Part shown: in pieces, positions 26,101 through 38,161 of the stretch | Position numbering within the stretch: the first letter of the stretch is position 1 | Layout: each line of letters opens with the position of its first letter | NCBI GenBank assembly: GCA_047495785.1 | Contig: JBLDXI010000017.1 | Span: 3,162,001 to 3,226,000 of the forward strand | Source: Lepidodermella squamata | Taxonomy: Eukaryota; Animalia; Gastrotricha | DNA: 64,000 bases | Direction: 5' to 3' | Notes under the pieces: generated by a model | Seen by the model: the letters and a program-made list of their open reading frames with translations, nothing else | What the model was told of the DNA's origin: nothing | Database searches by the model: none | Translations under genes and position numbers: made by a program

Positions 26101-29100
26101 CAGCGGAAATCAGCGAGAAGCCGGCTGTAAGATTCTTCAAGGACAGCGTTGTCTTGGCACACCCGTGAAAACTTCTCCTTCAAGTCTTTAGCAACAATTT
26201 CTTCGGCCTGGAGTCGGAATGCGACTGACTCAGCAGCGGAGCGTTCGTTGTCAATCACTTCTTTAAGCTGGATTATTGCGAGTTCAAGCTCTTGCTGCCG
26301 CTGCCGCGAGTTTCGCACATCAATACGGGCCTGTTGCAAGTCAGCTTCCATGCGAATTACAATAGTTTCCAGGTCGGCAACTCGGGATTTCAAATCGCAA
26401 TTCAGCCGATCCAATTCGTCTGACTTTTCATCACTAGTCGCCATTCTGCCCGAAAAATCTGCACATCGCTCTCGGAGGGTTTCCAACTCCATACTGGTGA
26501 GGCGTTCTTCGTCTCGCAGGCGGTTCAAATCTTCAGTAGCGTCGGCTAGTCGTTGTTTCAAATCGCTATTTGCTGCGTTCTGCTCAGAATTCAGCAGGTC
26601 TAACTGCCGACAGCGCGCGTGAAGTTGATGCACCTCAACCTGGAGATCGGAATTCGACCGGCTCAGAGCCATTATCTCTTCTCGGGCATGTTCAAGACGC
26701 TGCGATAGCTCGGAAACATCAGCACGCGCCGCATCTCGTTCGACAACGAGAATGTCTGTAGTCTGCCTAAGGCGAGCCATTTCGCCGTCTTGTTCGGTTC
26801 TCATCAGAAGCGCGTCGCGTTTGATTTGATCAATCAAATTTTCGGTGTTTCTCGCGTCCTGAATAGCCATTTCGCGTTCTTGAGACACCTCGGTTATGCG
26901 GGCCTCAGCGCGGTTAAGCCGCTCCTCCATCAAAGCCAAGTTTTCCAAGGCCTGGCGTAATTCGATCTGCTGTTCCCGGGCGCGTTGAGCTACCCGTCGA
27001 ACATCACCCTCTTTCGTCTCCATTTCTTCGCTGGCAGCCTGGCATCTTGCTATAGCTTGGTCTGTTTCGGCGCGAAGGCGAAGAATAGCCTGGTCTCGGA
27101 CCGCAACATCGTGACGATACGCCTGCAGTTGCTCCTCGAGACACTGAACAGCCATTTCAAGCTCGCCGACCCGAGCCTCACATCTGCGCCGTTCTTTCGC
27201 CTCGATTTCAGCTGATTGGCTGATTTCGAAATTTTCCATCCTAGCATGCTCCTGCGCAGTTCGAATGTCGACGTAATCGCGATCAAGAGCAACGATTTTT
27301 TCGTTCAGTTCGATAACCTCGTTTCTGAGACGAGACGCCTCACTCTCAGCGGCTGCTAGTTGCTGCTCAGCGTACAAACGATCCGAGTCTGACTTGGCGA
27401 CTTGAGTCTCAGCCGCGACAGCTCGAGTCCGTTCATGCTCAGCGTCCATTCGTGCATCGGCCGCTTTTTGCCGCATTTCCGACAACTCCTCAGCCATTCG
27501 TTTCATTGCAGTTTCAGATCTTGCCAGTTCTTGTTTTGCAGACTCAGTGGCCTCGCAGGACCGCTCGAAAGCCGCTCTCATTTCAGCCAGTTGGTTGTCC
27601 CTAACTCTCACGAGTTCACACGTGTTTTCTGCATCTCGTTGAATCGTCAGGAATTCAGCCTCGAACCTAGCTATTTCAGACCGGAGTTGCGAGATTATTC
27701 CATCTTTTTCGCCAACTTGTTCCGATAACATTGCAACTTCATTTCGTAAAGCGCCAGCCTCGTCTTCGCGCTGCTGAAGTAGGGCACTCAGCGATTTATT
27801 GCGCTCGTGGTCGACGGCTTGCGAGTCCAACATTTCGCGCATTTGCTGCTCAGTTCGCAGTTTTTCTTCCCAAACGATGCGCATGTCAGCCCGCATTTTG
27901 TTAGCAGCTTGCTCTTGCGCTCGCAATTCGTCCTTGATGCGATCGACGTGATGTTGCAATGCGGTCTGTTCGGCGGAAGATCTGGCTTTCAAACGAGCGA
28001 ATTCTTCCTCAACAACGATTTTTTCGTGGCGAGTAGTTTCGAGCTGCATTTCCAGCTTCCTCACAGAGTCTGTCAAATCTTGAGTTTTCGTGGCAAGTTC
28101 TTTTGCGAAATAATGCTCCGCTGATACGCCCTGACACGTCTCGCTATCAACGCTGTTGAAGCTATTCGACTGCAAAGCTTTCACCGCATCCAATTGAATA
28201 CTCAGCGATCGCACTTGATCCTCGGCGTTTCTTGCCTTGTCGCGTTGTTCTTTCAACAACGTGGCAATGTGCACAAGTTCTCGGCGCATGTTCTCGACCG
28301 TTTCTTCCTTATCGCCTATGGCAGCACGAAGAGCCTGGTCAAGCTGGGACGAAGACATCTGCCGTTCCGAAAGCAACGATTCCAAACGATCATTCTATGA
28401 AAGACATAAGTAATACAGATCCATTTTCATGTATTTGAGCTTACTTCGGTCATCACTTCTTCGTAGCGAGTTCGATACATCTCTATTTCTTGAGCTCGAT
28501 CTTTAGCCGTGTTTTCGAGATCCTCAGCCCGCTCCCGTTCGTTAGCCAACTCGCGCTGAAGATAAGCTACAGCCGATTCAGACTCACTGTTGATAATGAT
28601 TCGTTCATTCTGAAACTTTTTGAGATCATCGAGAGCCTTAACCGAAAATTTGCATTAGAGAGCGCGAAGCAAGAAACGTTGAAATTACCTTTGTCAGCTG
28701 TTGTTTATAATTTTCGGCTTGAGTTTGCCATTCAAACTTGTCGCGCTCCAACTGCTCAACACGCTGATTGTGAGATTTGGATGGGCTGCTATCTGCGGCC
28801 GCCGATTTCAAGCGACTTATTTCTCGATCTCGACTGTGCAATTCGCGAACAAGTTCTTGTTCTCTCTGGCTAATAGCGCTGAGAGTTGTTCTGACCTCAT
28901 GCAGCTGTAAAAGAAAAACGAAAATATTTAATGGTACTAAATTTTAATTGCTAAATTTAGACCTTTTCATCGAGCTCAACAATGTCTCTTTTAGCTCTCA
29001 TCAGCTCTTCGTCGCTCGTGTGTCGATCATTTTCGATGAAGACTGTAGCAGGCTCGTGGTATTCGCTTTGAACTCCGAGCGATCGTTTCGGCACAGGCGC

Positions 29101-29836
29101 GGGTGGTTTGTCATTGAGAATGCCGTCTAAAGAAGCGATTGCTTGAATCAGGCGGGCAATTTCGGCCTGCTGAGCATGTGTTTGACATTTCGTAACTTCT
29201 GATATTTTTCCTTTGATTCTCGCAGAATTAACGGCGTCTATAAGCCTCGATAGCTCGTTGAGCAAATTATCGTAGTTCTGCTTAGTTTTTCGTTGGCTTT
29301 TCTCCAAAGATTCACTTCGAACTCCAAGTTCCTGTAATTTTTCGAAACTGTTTGGAAACTGTTCACTGATTAGAATTGCCGAAGTGCAAACCTGAATGGC
29401 TAGTTCCACTTGTTCTCGATGAGATTCTGAATTTTGCAATTGCTTTTCCAAAAATTCGACTTTTTCGGCATTCTCCTACACAAAATTTGATAGTGTTCGA
29501 GTGTGGCAAATTAAGACATAAAGCTAACTAACGCGAACGGTTCGGCGGAGTTTATCCATCTTTTCACCACTTTCACCATCCCACTTTTCAACACAGGATA
29601 GGAAGTGCTCGATTTGCAGCTTGACGTCGTCAACATATTGTTCCAGCACTTTGCATTTTACCTGGAATAGCAATTTTTATGGTGACCCATTCCATTAAAA
29701 ATTTTTAGCAAATGATATTTACCTTTGTGCGCATCGGCTCCGTCGGAATTTCATCTGATGCGTTAATTTTTTGACTGTAGAAGTCCCCGAATTTTTCCAT
29801 GACAAGCCGCAACTCTGCCACGCGGCTTTTTGTCAT
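23180..29836 (-). CDS. Very long coiled-coil protein (rootletin/golgin/centrosomal-type; family unresolved)
   Basis: 1359-aa open segment of E/Q/R/L-rich heptads (24306-28385) plus flanking spliced exons, ending in a low-complexity S/P/K tail. Confidence 0.75.
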
Positions 29837-30593
29837 GATGCTGACAATTATTAGAACAGACCTGAGATAAGAGAGAAAATTAGGGTACGGTGAACAAAGA
29901 CAGTTTGAAATAAATGTGCATACTACACACGGCAACTCTACGAGCATCTCATGCTCCAAGAGCATGAGTACAAAGCATCTCACTCCTCATTCCTCATTCA
30001 GATTAGACTAATGGCAGTTATCAAGGCTCTCCTCCCTACTCATACCATATTGACACCTGAGTAGCATGGTCAGTTAACCATGCCGATTCAAGACACTGAA
30101 AGAAAGCAGGGAGCAGGGAATAAGGAGAAGTCGGATGAAGGTATCTAGGCTGTGAAAACAGGGGTGTCACTTCTTACACTCAGTAAACTCTGATTATAAA
30201 ATGTTATTTTGGGCCATAATCAGAGGATGTAGGGGATGTAGGGTAGATATATTAATGAAGGATGGGAATTAAAGTTCAAGTTTAAGAGTGTGTGCAGTGT
30301 TGCCGGAGACGGTTTTAGCGTCTGTAGAAACGAGCGACCCATAATAAAAGAGCGGCGCCATTTATATTTTTTAATTGACCGATGTAAAATACTACACGTT
30401 GAGAAAAATATAAATTCTACAAACGACCGAAAAATACAATTAGCAATTTCAAAAATTTTAAAAGTTGCGCGCGTTTTCGTACGTGCCCCCTTGAAAGGGC
30501 GGTTGACGATTCCCCTTTCGTTCTCGCCTCGAACGCGTTCGGCTTTGGCGTCGCCTTGCTCCGAATTTGTTTTTGTTGTTTTTATTTCTCATC

Positions 30594-33500
30594 ATGAAGA
30601 GGTAAATCAACACCTTACATGGAATGGCCAATCTCCGCCTGTTGGCAGGCATACCGTCTTTGTGACAGACCTGAAGATCAGGTTTCGTTTTCTTTCACGA
30701 CATGGCGAGCATTCCACAAAAGTACCCAGGTGTCCCGCAAAAGTGATTCAGATCCTTTGAGAATAACAAAGGAGTCTAATTTTTCCTTTGTTATTCCAGT
30801 CTACAACTCAATTCTCTGATTATAATTCAAATTACTGTGCTCAATTTTTGTAGAGCTGATTTTTATTGGATGGAAAAAGCGAGAGTCGCAGTTAATTCCC
30901 TATCCGACAACTCATTAACTCGATTGCCTCAACTGGTAAGCAAATTATTTTCGCTCATTTTCATCATGCTTTTAACTATCTATGCAGGTCGAATTGTTGA
31001 GGAAATGTGTGACGGAAAACACTATTCTATGCCTTAGTCGCTCGCAAGCCAAATTGTTTGCCATAGTGATCACATGTCGGCATTTTGGAGCCCAAGTTTT
31101 CTCACCCGATCGAAAATCCGACAAAAATGCGAAATTTATCGTCATTGTATCCGATTCAGCGGATACTGATTCCTTGGTGTCATGCATGAATGTTCACTCG
31201 AGCTATAATGTTTTGCAATGCTGCAACACAATTTCTTATTCGCTTGAATCGCTTAGGGAGTATCACGTGTTGATTTTGAACTCATCGACAATTGCTAAAT
31301 CGCTTCGTGAGAAAGTTTTAACATTCAATGATATCTGTCTCCTGGTATTTAACGAGTGCCATTTGGGACTCGTTGACGACAATTGGAACCAAGTTCTCCA
31401 GCAATACAAGTCTTTGAATGGCTCGCAGAATCGTCCATTAATAATGGCAGTAACTACCGTCCTCAGCACGATGTATATCGAAGATTCTCACAAGTTGGAA
31501 CAGTTTCTGACGGACTTGGGAAAATTTTACTGTGCCAACATCAATGTTGACCGTACTATGTTATCATCGAAATATTCGACCGATTCAAAACTGAAGGAGC
31601 AGCTGATGGTGTGTAATCAAACGGTAGATGACGTCCGCCTTGATCTGGAGAATAGAATCGAAGCATTGATCATTCCACATGCTGAAATGATGAAGCGATA
31701 TTGCCCCGCGCTTTCTTCTGCGGTGGATACAGTTTCTTTTCCTGATGTCATTGGGGCGGCGAAGATTTGTTACTCAGCAGTAATGGCCGTTCACGAGGTG
31801 CTCAAAGAACTTGGTCCATTTTGTGCGGCTAAACTTGCCGAAAATTTTATCGACCAAATTGAGCAACACTACTCTTGTCACGTGCCTGATGCTGATGCTC
31901 GCAAAATGCTTGCTATCGGATCAACAGCTCTGCGTCAAGTCAGCCAGATCGTTGATGCGTACTACAAGGCTAACGTTATATGCTTGGAAGATATAATTCC
32001 GCTTGTCCCTAAAAAAGTCATGGCATTCCTGACTGAATTTAAAAAGTGGATGCCTAAAATTGACTTTAAAATTACACCAGCCTCCACATTGCCTTTCGAG
32101 GAGAACAAGAAAGGAGGCAAGAAAGGTAAAGGTGACGATTCGGATACTGATGATGATGACGACTTTGACGACGATTTTTCTGACGATATGAGCTCGGATT
32201 CTACGGATGGAGGCGCTGGCAAGGGTGTTGGTTCCGACATGCCAGGTTGCACACCAGTCGATCCTCACACATTTCGTAGGCACAGACGGCAGGCTAATAT
32301 TAGAATGATGAAGCAAATCATCGAGGGAACTGCTTTATCAGCTCTGGTAATTGTCAAAACGTCATTCGAAGCTTATGCCCTTGCCGTATTGATTGACGAA
32401 ATCTGCAAATACGACGGTGATTTGTTTTTCCTAAAAGTCGGCCACTATGCCTCGCTGGCGTTGCAAGAAAGCTCGGCGAAATCCCTTCTTCTGGCTCCAC
32501 CGGCTCGGCTTTTCCTCAAAGTTTGCATAGATTCTTTCAATCATTTGTATATTTATGAAATAATTTCTAGTACCAATCGAACGTGCTTCATCGCTTCAGA
32601 CAGCGACGTCTCAATGTTCTCGTTACAACAGACCTTCACGGGACATCCGTCACTCTGCCTCCGATAAATCACGTTGTTCGACTGAGTGTACCCTTTCCGT
32701 ACGAAAGCTACATCGGGTCGAAATCGTTTTGCCAAACCCAAAATTCAGTCATGACGGTGATTGTTGATGAAAAGTCCGCTGACAGCACTCAATCAATGAT
32801 TCAGGTCTATCGCGACACTGAAAATGTGCTATCAAGTCAGTTTTTTGTCGTTTGCAAAATTTTAATCAAAAGCTATATTTTTCAGGCCATTGCGTGGCAG
32901 CAAATTTACCAATCGAACTTCCAAGCCTTGAAACGTCGTTAAATACATCAAATAGCGAAGCTAGTCGGCCAAAAGCAACTGGAAAAGACAGTCAGTTGAT
33001 TCCGCCGTTTTACCCAACTGGAAGTGCTAAAGATTCAGCGAAAGTCACATCTGATAATGCTATTATGATTGTGAATCGTTATTGTGCCAAGTTACCCAGC
33101 GATGTGTTCACTCGCCTGACCAGTTTGTCTGAAGTCGAAAATATGCCGCCAGAAAACGGAGGCGCGGACACTCAATACCGAGCAAACATCACGTTGCCCA
33201 TAATTTCGCCGCTGAAAACCCCGATTTACGGCAACGCGATGCCAACGCCGCTTCTAGCGCTGAAATCTGCTGCTGTTGAAACTTGCAAGATGTTGCATCA
33301 AGAGGGTGAAATTGACGACAAACTGAACCCGGTTACTTTCGAGGTATGGAAGTGTGAAGATTTGCGGCAGGAAGAAATGCAACTAGAAGCTGCCCCCGAA
33401 ACGACATCGAAGCCATCGAATAGCGGCGTTTCAGTTGCTAAGAGGAAGCAATCATATCCGAAAAAGTTTGCTCAAGCTTTGACGAGTGGGCCTGTGCTAT

Positions 33501-36500
33501 TCTCGAAAAATCAGCCCGAAGAAAGTAATGGCGATGCAACGGAGGTGGTTAGTGTCGAAGCTAGCCGACCATGCCCGCCTTGTCGGCTGTATCAAGTGAA
33601 AATGCGGCGATCTGAGGGTCCTTTCCTCACACTTGTAGATCGCGCTTACGACCCATCGTGCTGCCCTCGCCATTACGGCTTTATCACAACGGATGGTGCT
33701 ATTCCGAAGGTTCCTAATTTCCCGGTCTTCACGCGCTACTGCGATCTAGATGTTACATTCGAATCTCTTGGCGAAGAGTTGATTTTCTCTGAGCAAGAGC
33801 TTGATCTCATTCGATTTTTCCATCGCTACGTCTTCCACACGATTCTGCGAATCGAAAAAGACGTTCTGTTCTTCCAGCCGGAAAAGTCGCCCATTCAAAT
33901 GTTCATTTTACCGTTAACGTACGACACGGCTGACGGGAAACCAGCTATTGACTGGGATTTCATCAAGTATATCAAACATTTTGTGCCGACTGTGCCAGGA
34001 GGTCTTGGCATTGTTCTTCGCAAGAGCGGCGAGCGTTTTCATTGGGATCAGAGCCAATTCGAAGACGCGGTGGTCTACCGCTCTTACTGCGGCTTTGTCG
34101 CCAACGAGTTGTACTACGTCGTGAATGTTCGGTATGACTACTCGCCGAAAACGCCGTTCCCGTCGGATCAATACGACGATTTCGTGTCGTATTACGAAAT
34201 CAAGTACAGGCTGATGGTGACCAACACAACTCAGCCGTTGCTTGACGTCGACCACACGACAGCTCATCTCAACATGATTTTGCCGCGTCGATGCAGCGGA
34301 AAGCTCGTTCCGACAACAGATGGTATTAATTTATCATTATTGTTATTAAATTGAGAAACATTTCAGATTACTTAACTGGGAATCGAAAATTTGAGGCTAA
34401 AAAATTGTGCCTCATTCTAGTTAAATTTGGACAAACCGCCTTTTCACTTTTCTTGCGCTCGTCTAAGAAGGCTGTAAAATTGGGAAAAATTGAAAAATTA
34501 CCCATACCATCTTCACCTATTTGTGAAATCAAGGTAAAATGTGATCTGCACCCCTTTGTGTTCTGAATATTTCTAAGTTTTTCCCGATTATTAATTTTGT
34601 CCAAATAAGATCCTTTACGGCATTAAATCGGTCATTTGAAACACGATTTTAATCGGCTTATACTGATATTTTTCAGAGGAAAATGCGCAACGTCTTTGGT
34701 TTGTTCCTGAGCTGTGTGGTATTCACCCGTTTCCAGCGTCCATGTGGCACAAAGCCGCTTGCTTGCCTACGATTTTCTACCGCTTGAACAGTCTTTTAGT
34801 CGCTAACGAAACTCTTCACATGGTCAACTCCGCCCTAGGCCTGCCTGATCTGGCTGAGCCTATTGATGGAGTAATACCTGCCAAGGAGAAATCGCTCATC
34901 GAATATTCGCAGCTTCGAACCCATCAAATGGCGGCGATTGCGCAACAAGCGGCCGGAATAACGCATTGGCTATTGACCGAGCCGTTGCTGCAAAGTTCAT
35001 CAACCAGCGCGCCCGGTTACGGCGTTTGCTCTGACTGTGTTGTCGCTGTTGAATCGGTCGTTTTCAAAACGCTGTGGCTTTACTTCAAGCGGGAAGAACA
35101 AGAAGAAGGTCAGGGCGAGCAGACGCTGCTGTCCTGCCTGATTTGCCACAATTTCTGCTACAGCGAATTCCACGCGATTGCGCACTTGCGTCACCGCCAT
35201 TCGTGGCTTTACACGCAACCGTGGTCGTTCCAACCCGACTCGCCCTGCCCGCTGTGCCAGGCAATGACCAAGGCCATGCAGCTATCACAGAGCCAGTCGC
35301 AACCGTGCGAGTTACCCATCTCCGCAATTCACTGCTCGTGCGGCGAGAAGGCAGGGTTGTGCAAGCACATCTCATCTCAATGGGACTCATTCCGCGCGAA
35401 AATCTCGTACTTATCAAAAGCCTGTGACCGGCCGCCTAACATGTGCGACATCTTGACAGCCCTCACCGCCTCGAACGCGAACGACATGTTCAGCTACGAG
35501 CGGCTTGAAACTGTGGGTGATTCTTTTCTGAAATTCACGGTAACCGCGTATTTGTACTGCTCGTGCCCTGGCGTTGAGGAGGGCAAGTTGACGTATATGC
35601 GGAGTCGGCAGGTCTGCAATTTGAACCTGTATTACCGGGGTCGCACCCGCGAGTTGGCCGAGCGCATGATTGTCTCGAAATTCGAGCCGACTGAGGCGTG
35701 GCTGCCGCCTGGTTACGTGTGCTTGAAAGGCAACGAATTGGATGAGAAAGTGTGTGACCCGAGCGCGATTTGGAAGGGCCCAGCCGAGGAGGCGAAACAA
35801 ACCAATGGCCACGCGAATGGCCATGAAAATGGGAATGGCAAGGCTGAGACGAACGGAAATGACACGAGTAAATTAGGCGATGACGAGGCCGAAGATGAGG
35901 AAGAGCAGAAGAATGAAGTGCCTGAGTTGCCGTCGACTCGCGGCCGAGGTCGTGGGCGGGGTGGTCGCCGTGGTCGGGGTAGAGGTCGCGGTGGCCGTGG
36001 TGGAGCTCAACAAGCTAAGCCAAAACCGCCGAAATCTGACGACAGTGACAGCGATGACGAAACAGTGGCTGTTAATTCGAAAACAAACGGAACTTCAGAG
36101 TTGACTACACTCCACACCCACCAAAGTCTATCGGACAAAAACATCGCCGATTGCGTTGAAGCGATTATTGCCGCGTATTTGGTAACAGCCGGGCATCAGG
36201 TGGCCCTGCAAGTCATCACCTGGTTCGGAATTAAGGTATTGCCCTTGATTCACTCTCTTGACTGCGGTCGCCCGGTCTCGGAGTGTGTAGACCGGTTACC
36301 TGATCCTGCCCCTCCGCTGTTGCCCGGGGCTGATCGCGAGGCGTTGATGAAGGTCTACTACAGCAATAATTTGGCGACCTTCGAATCGCTGATTGGCTAC
36401 CATTTCCGCGATAAAGCCTACCTGGTTCAAGCCTTCTGCCACGCTTCGTTTGATCTGTTCACGAAGCAGCGGTTAACAGATAGCTACCAACGTTTGGAGT

Positions 36501-37226
36501 TGCTAGGCGACGCTATTCTCGACTATTTGATCACGAGGCACATGTACGAACTGCATAGCCACTACTCACCCGGCGTGTTAACCGATTTGAGGTCGGCTCT
36601 CGTCAACAACAACATTTTCAGCTCGTTGGCGGTTCGGTGGAGTTTCCACCGATTCTTGCTCTACGCAAGCCCTGGGCTTTTCAATGTTGTCGTCGATTTC
36701 GTCAATCTCCACAAGCAGCACGGTTCTGATTTGGACCTAGAAAAGCTGGACGAGGTTAGTATTGACGTCTTTGATTTTTGTTTGAAAATAATATATTTTC
36801 TTACAGTTGGAAGAAAGTGGAGAAGCACTTGAATGTCCGAAAGTTCTCGGCGATATCTTTGAATCAGTCGCTGGGGCGATTTATCTCGACAGTGGACTCA
36901 GTCTTGAAACTGTTTGGCTCGTCTACTACCGCATGTTGAAACCTGTGATCGGTTTGTTTTTTCGCCTCTATCTCATTTTTTTAAATTTGAATAAATTAGA
37001 CGAATATACGGCGAATATTCCGAAATCGCCTGTCCGCGAGCTGCTCGAGAGGGAACCTGAAACTGCGCGTTTCCTTCGACCCGAGCGAACCATTGATGGT
37101 CGCGTGAAAGTTATCGTCAACGTAGTCGACAAGGGTCAATTCACGGGTGTTGGGCGTAACTTCCGCCTGGCCAAAAACGCAGCCGCTCGTCGGGCTCTTC
37201 GCCAAATCAAGTCTTCGAACAGCTAA
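30594..37226 (+). CDS. DCR-1: Endoribonuclease Dicer (degenerate helicase, DUF283, platform-PAZ, RNase IIIa, RNase IIIb, dsRBD); start uncertain (30594 or 30870)
   Basis: [14 protein letters not shown] (DUF283), [33 protein letters not shown], RNase IIIa [17 protein letters not shown], RNase IIIb [17 protein letters not shown], ds[23 protein letters not shown]. Confidence 0.96.
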
Positions 37227-37464
37227 TTCTAGCTTGCTCAAAAACAATAACAGCTCACATACTGCCCAGTGAAAATGTACAACGGTGACAGTATCTTTGA
37301 AGAACCCTTCCATATATTTGATCTAAACAAGCCTTCGAACTTGAACGTTGGCAATATTATGCAACACGATCTTGGCCGAAATTGATTCTCTCTCTAGTCC
37401 CGGCGTATTTAAAAATAAAACCGCCATTTTCATGTTTATTTTTCTCTAGTTCTTGGTTTTTAGT

Positions 37465-38067
37465 ATGCCAGTTATTAGACGAGAAATTCGATTCGAGGAC
37501 ATCGGGTTCGCAAATCAGGCTTTCGATCGTTATGACACGGGTAAAAAGGGCTACTTGACATTTGATGAGTTCAAACTCGCGGCCATTGTCGTCTACGGAC
37601 GGAAGTTGCTGAAAGAGGAGAAATCACGATTTTTGGACCAAGCCGATATCAACATTTCGAAAAATATTTATAGTCGTTAGTTCTTCAATTTCGTATCTAA
37701 ATTTTCGAAATTAATTCCGCGTTTTTCAATAAAGCTGCATTTTCGAGGGCCAGATTTCTTGAGATGATGCTGACACATATAGCGTCCACTCGGTCGGAGG
37801 AGGATGTTAGAGCTATGTTTTTAGCTTTGGATAGGAAATGTAAGTCGAATTTATAAATTCAGCATTTTGACCATTTTTATAACGTTCAATTCAGGTAAAG
37901 GCTATCTCGTTGCCGATGATTTGAAGCTCGCCTTCTCCGACGCGGCGCCTCATCTAGGTCATTCCCGAATTCCTGGCGAAGCATTTAAAGCCCTGGATGC
38001 CGATGGCGATGGCCGTGTGACATTTCGTGATTTTGAATTTATTATGTCTTGCAATCTCGAAAAATGA
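37465..38067 (+). CDS. EF-hand calcium-binding protein, EFCAB11-like
   Basis: EF-hands FDRYDTGKKGYLTFDEFK, LDRKCKGYLVADDLK and LDADGDGRVTFRDFE. Confidence 0.8.
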
Positions 38068-38161
38068 TCTCAAATATTGTTTACTCACCATTGCGTTGTT
38101 GATTTCGGAATAAAATAAAGCTTGAAAATTCCTAGTTCGAGTTGTTTGCTTTTCATGTTGC

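Noticed and set aside
24388-28438. Numerous plus-strand ORFs over the coiled-coil gene
   Set aside because: Shadow ORFs of a long open minus-strand exon, with no recognisable motifs.
32107-32220. Basic and acidic low-complexity insert in the Dicer helicase region
   Set aside because: A comparable acidic insertion occurs in vertebrate Dicer, so it is not distinctive.
34323-34677. Unusually long (~350-nt) Dicer intron with small ORFs
   Set aside because: Flanking exons join in frame through canonical GT-AG. I could not find termini, a TSD or RNA-gene motifs inside.
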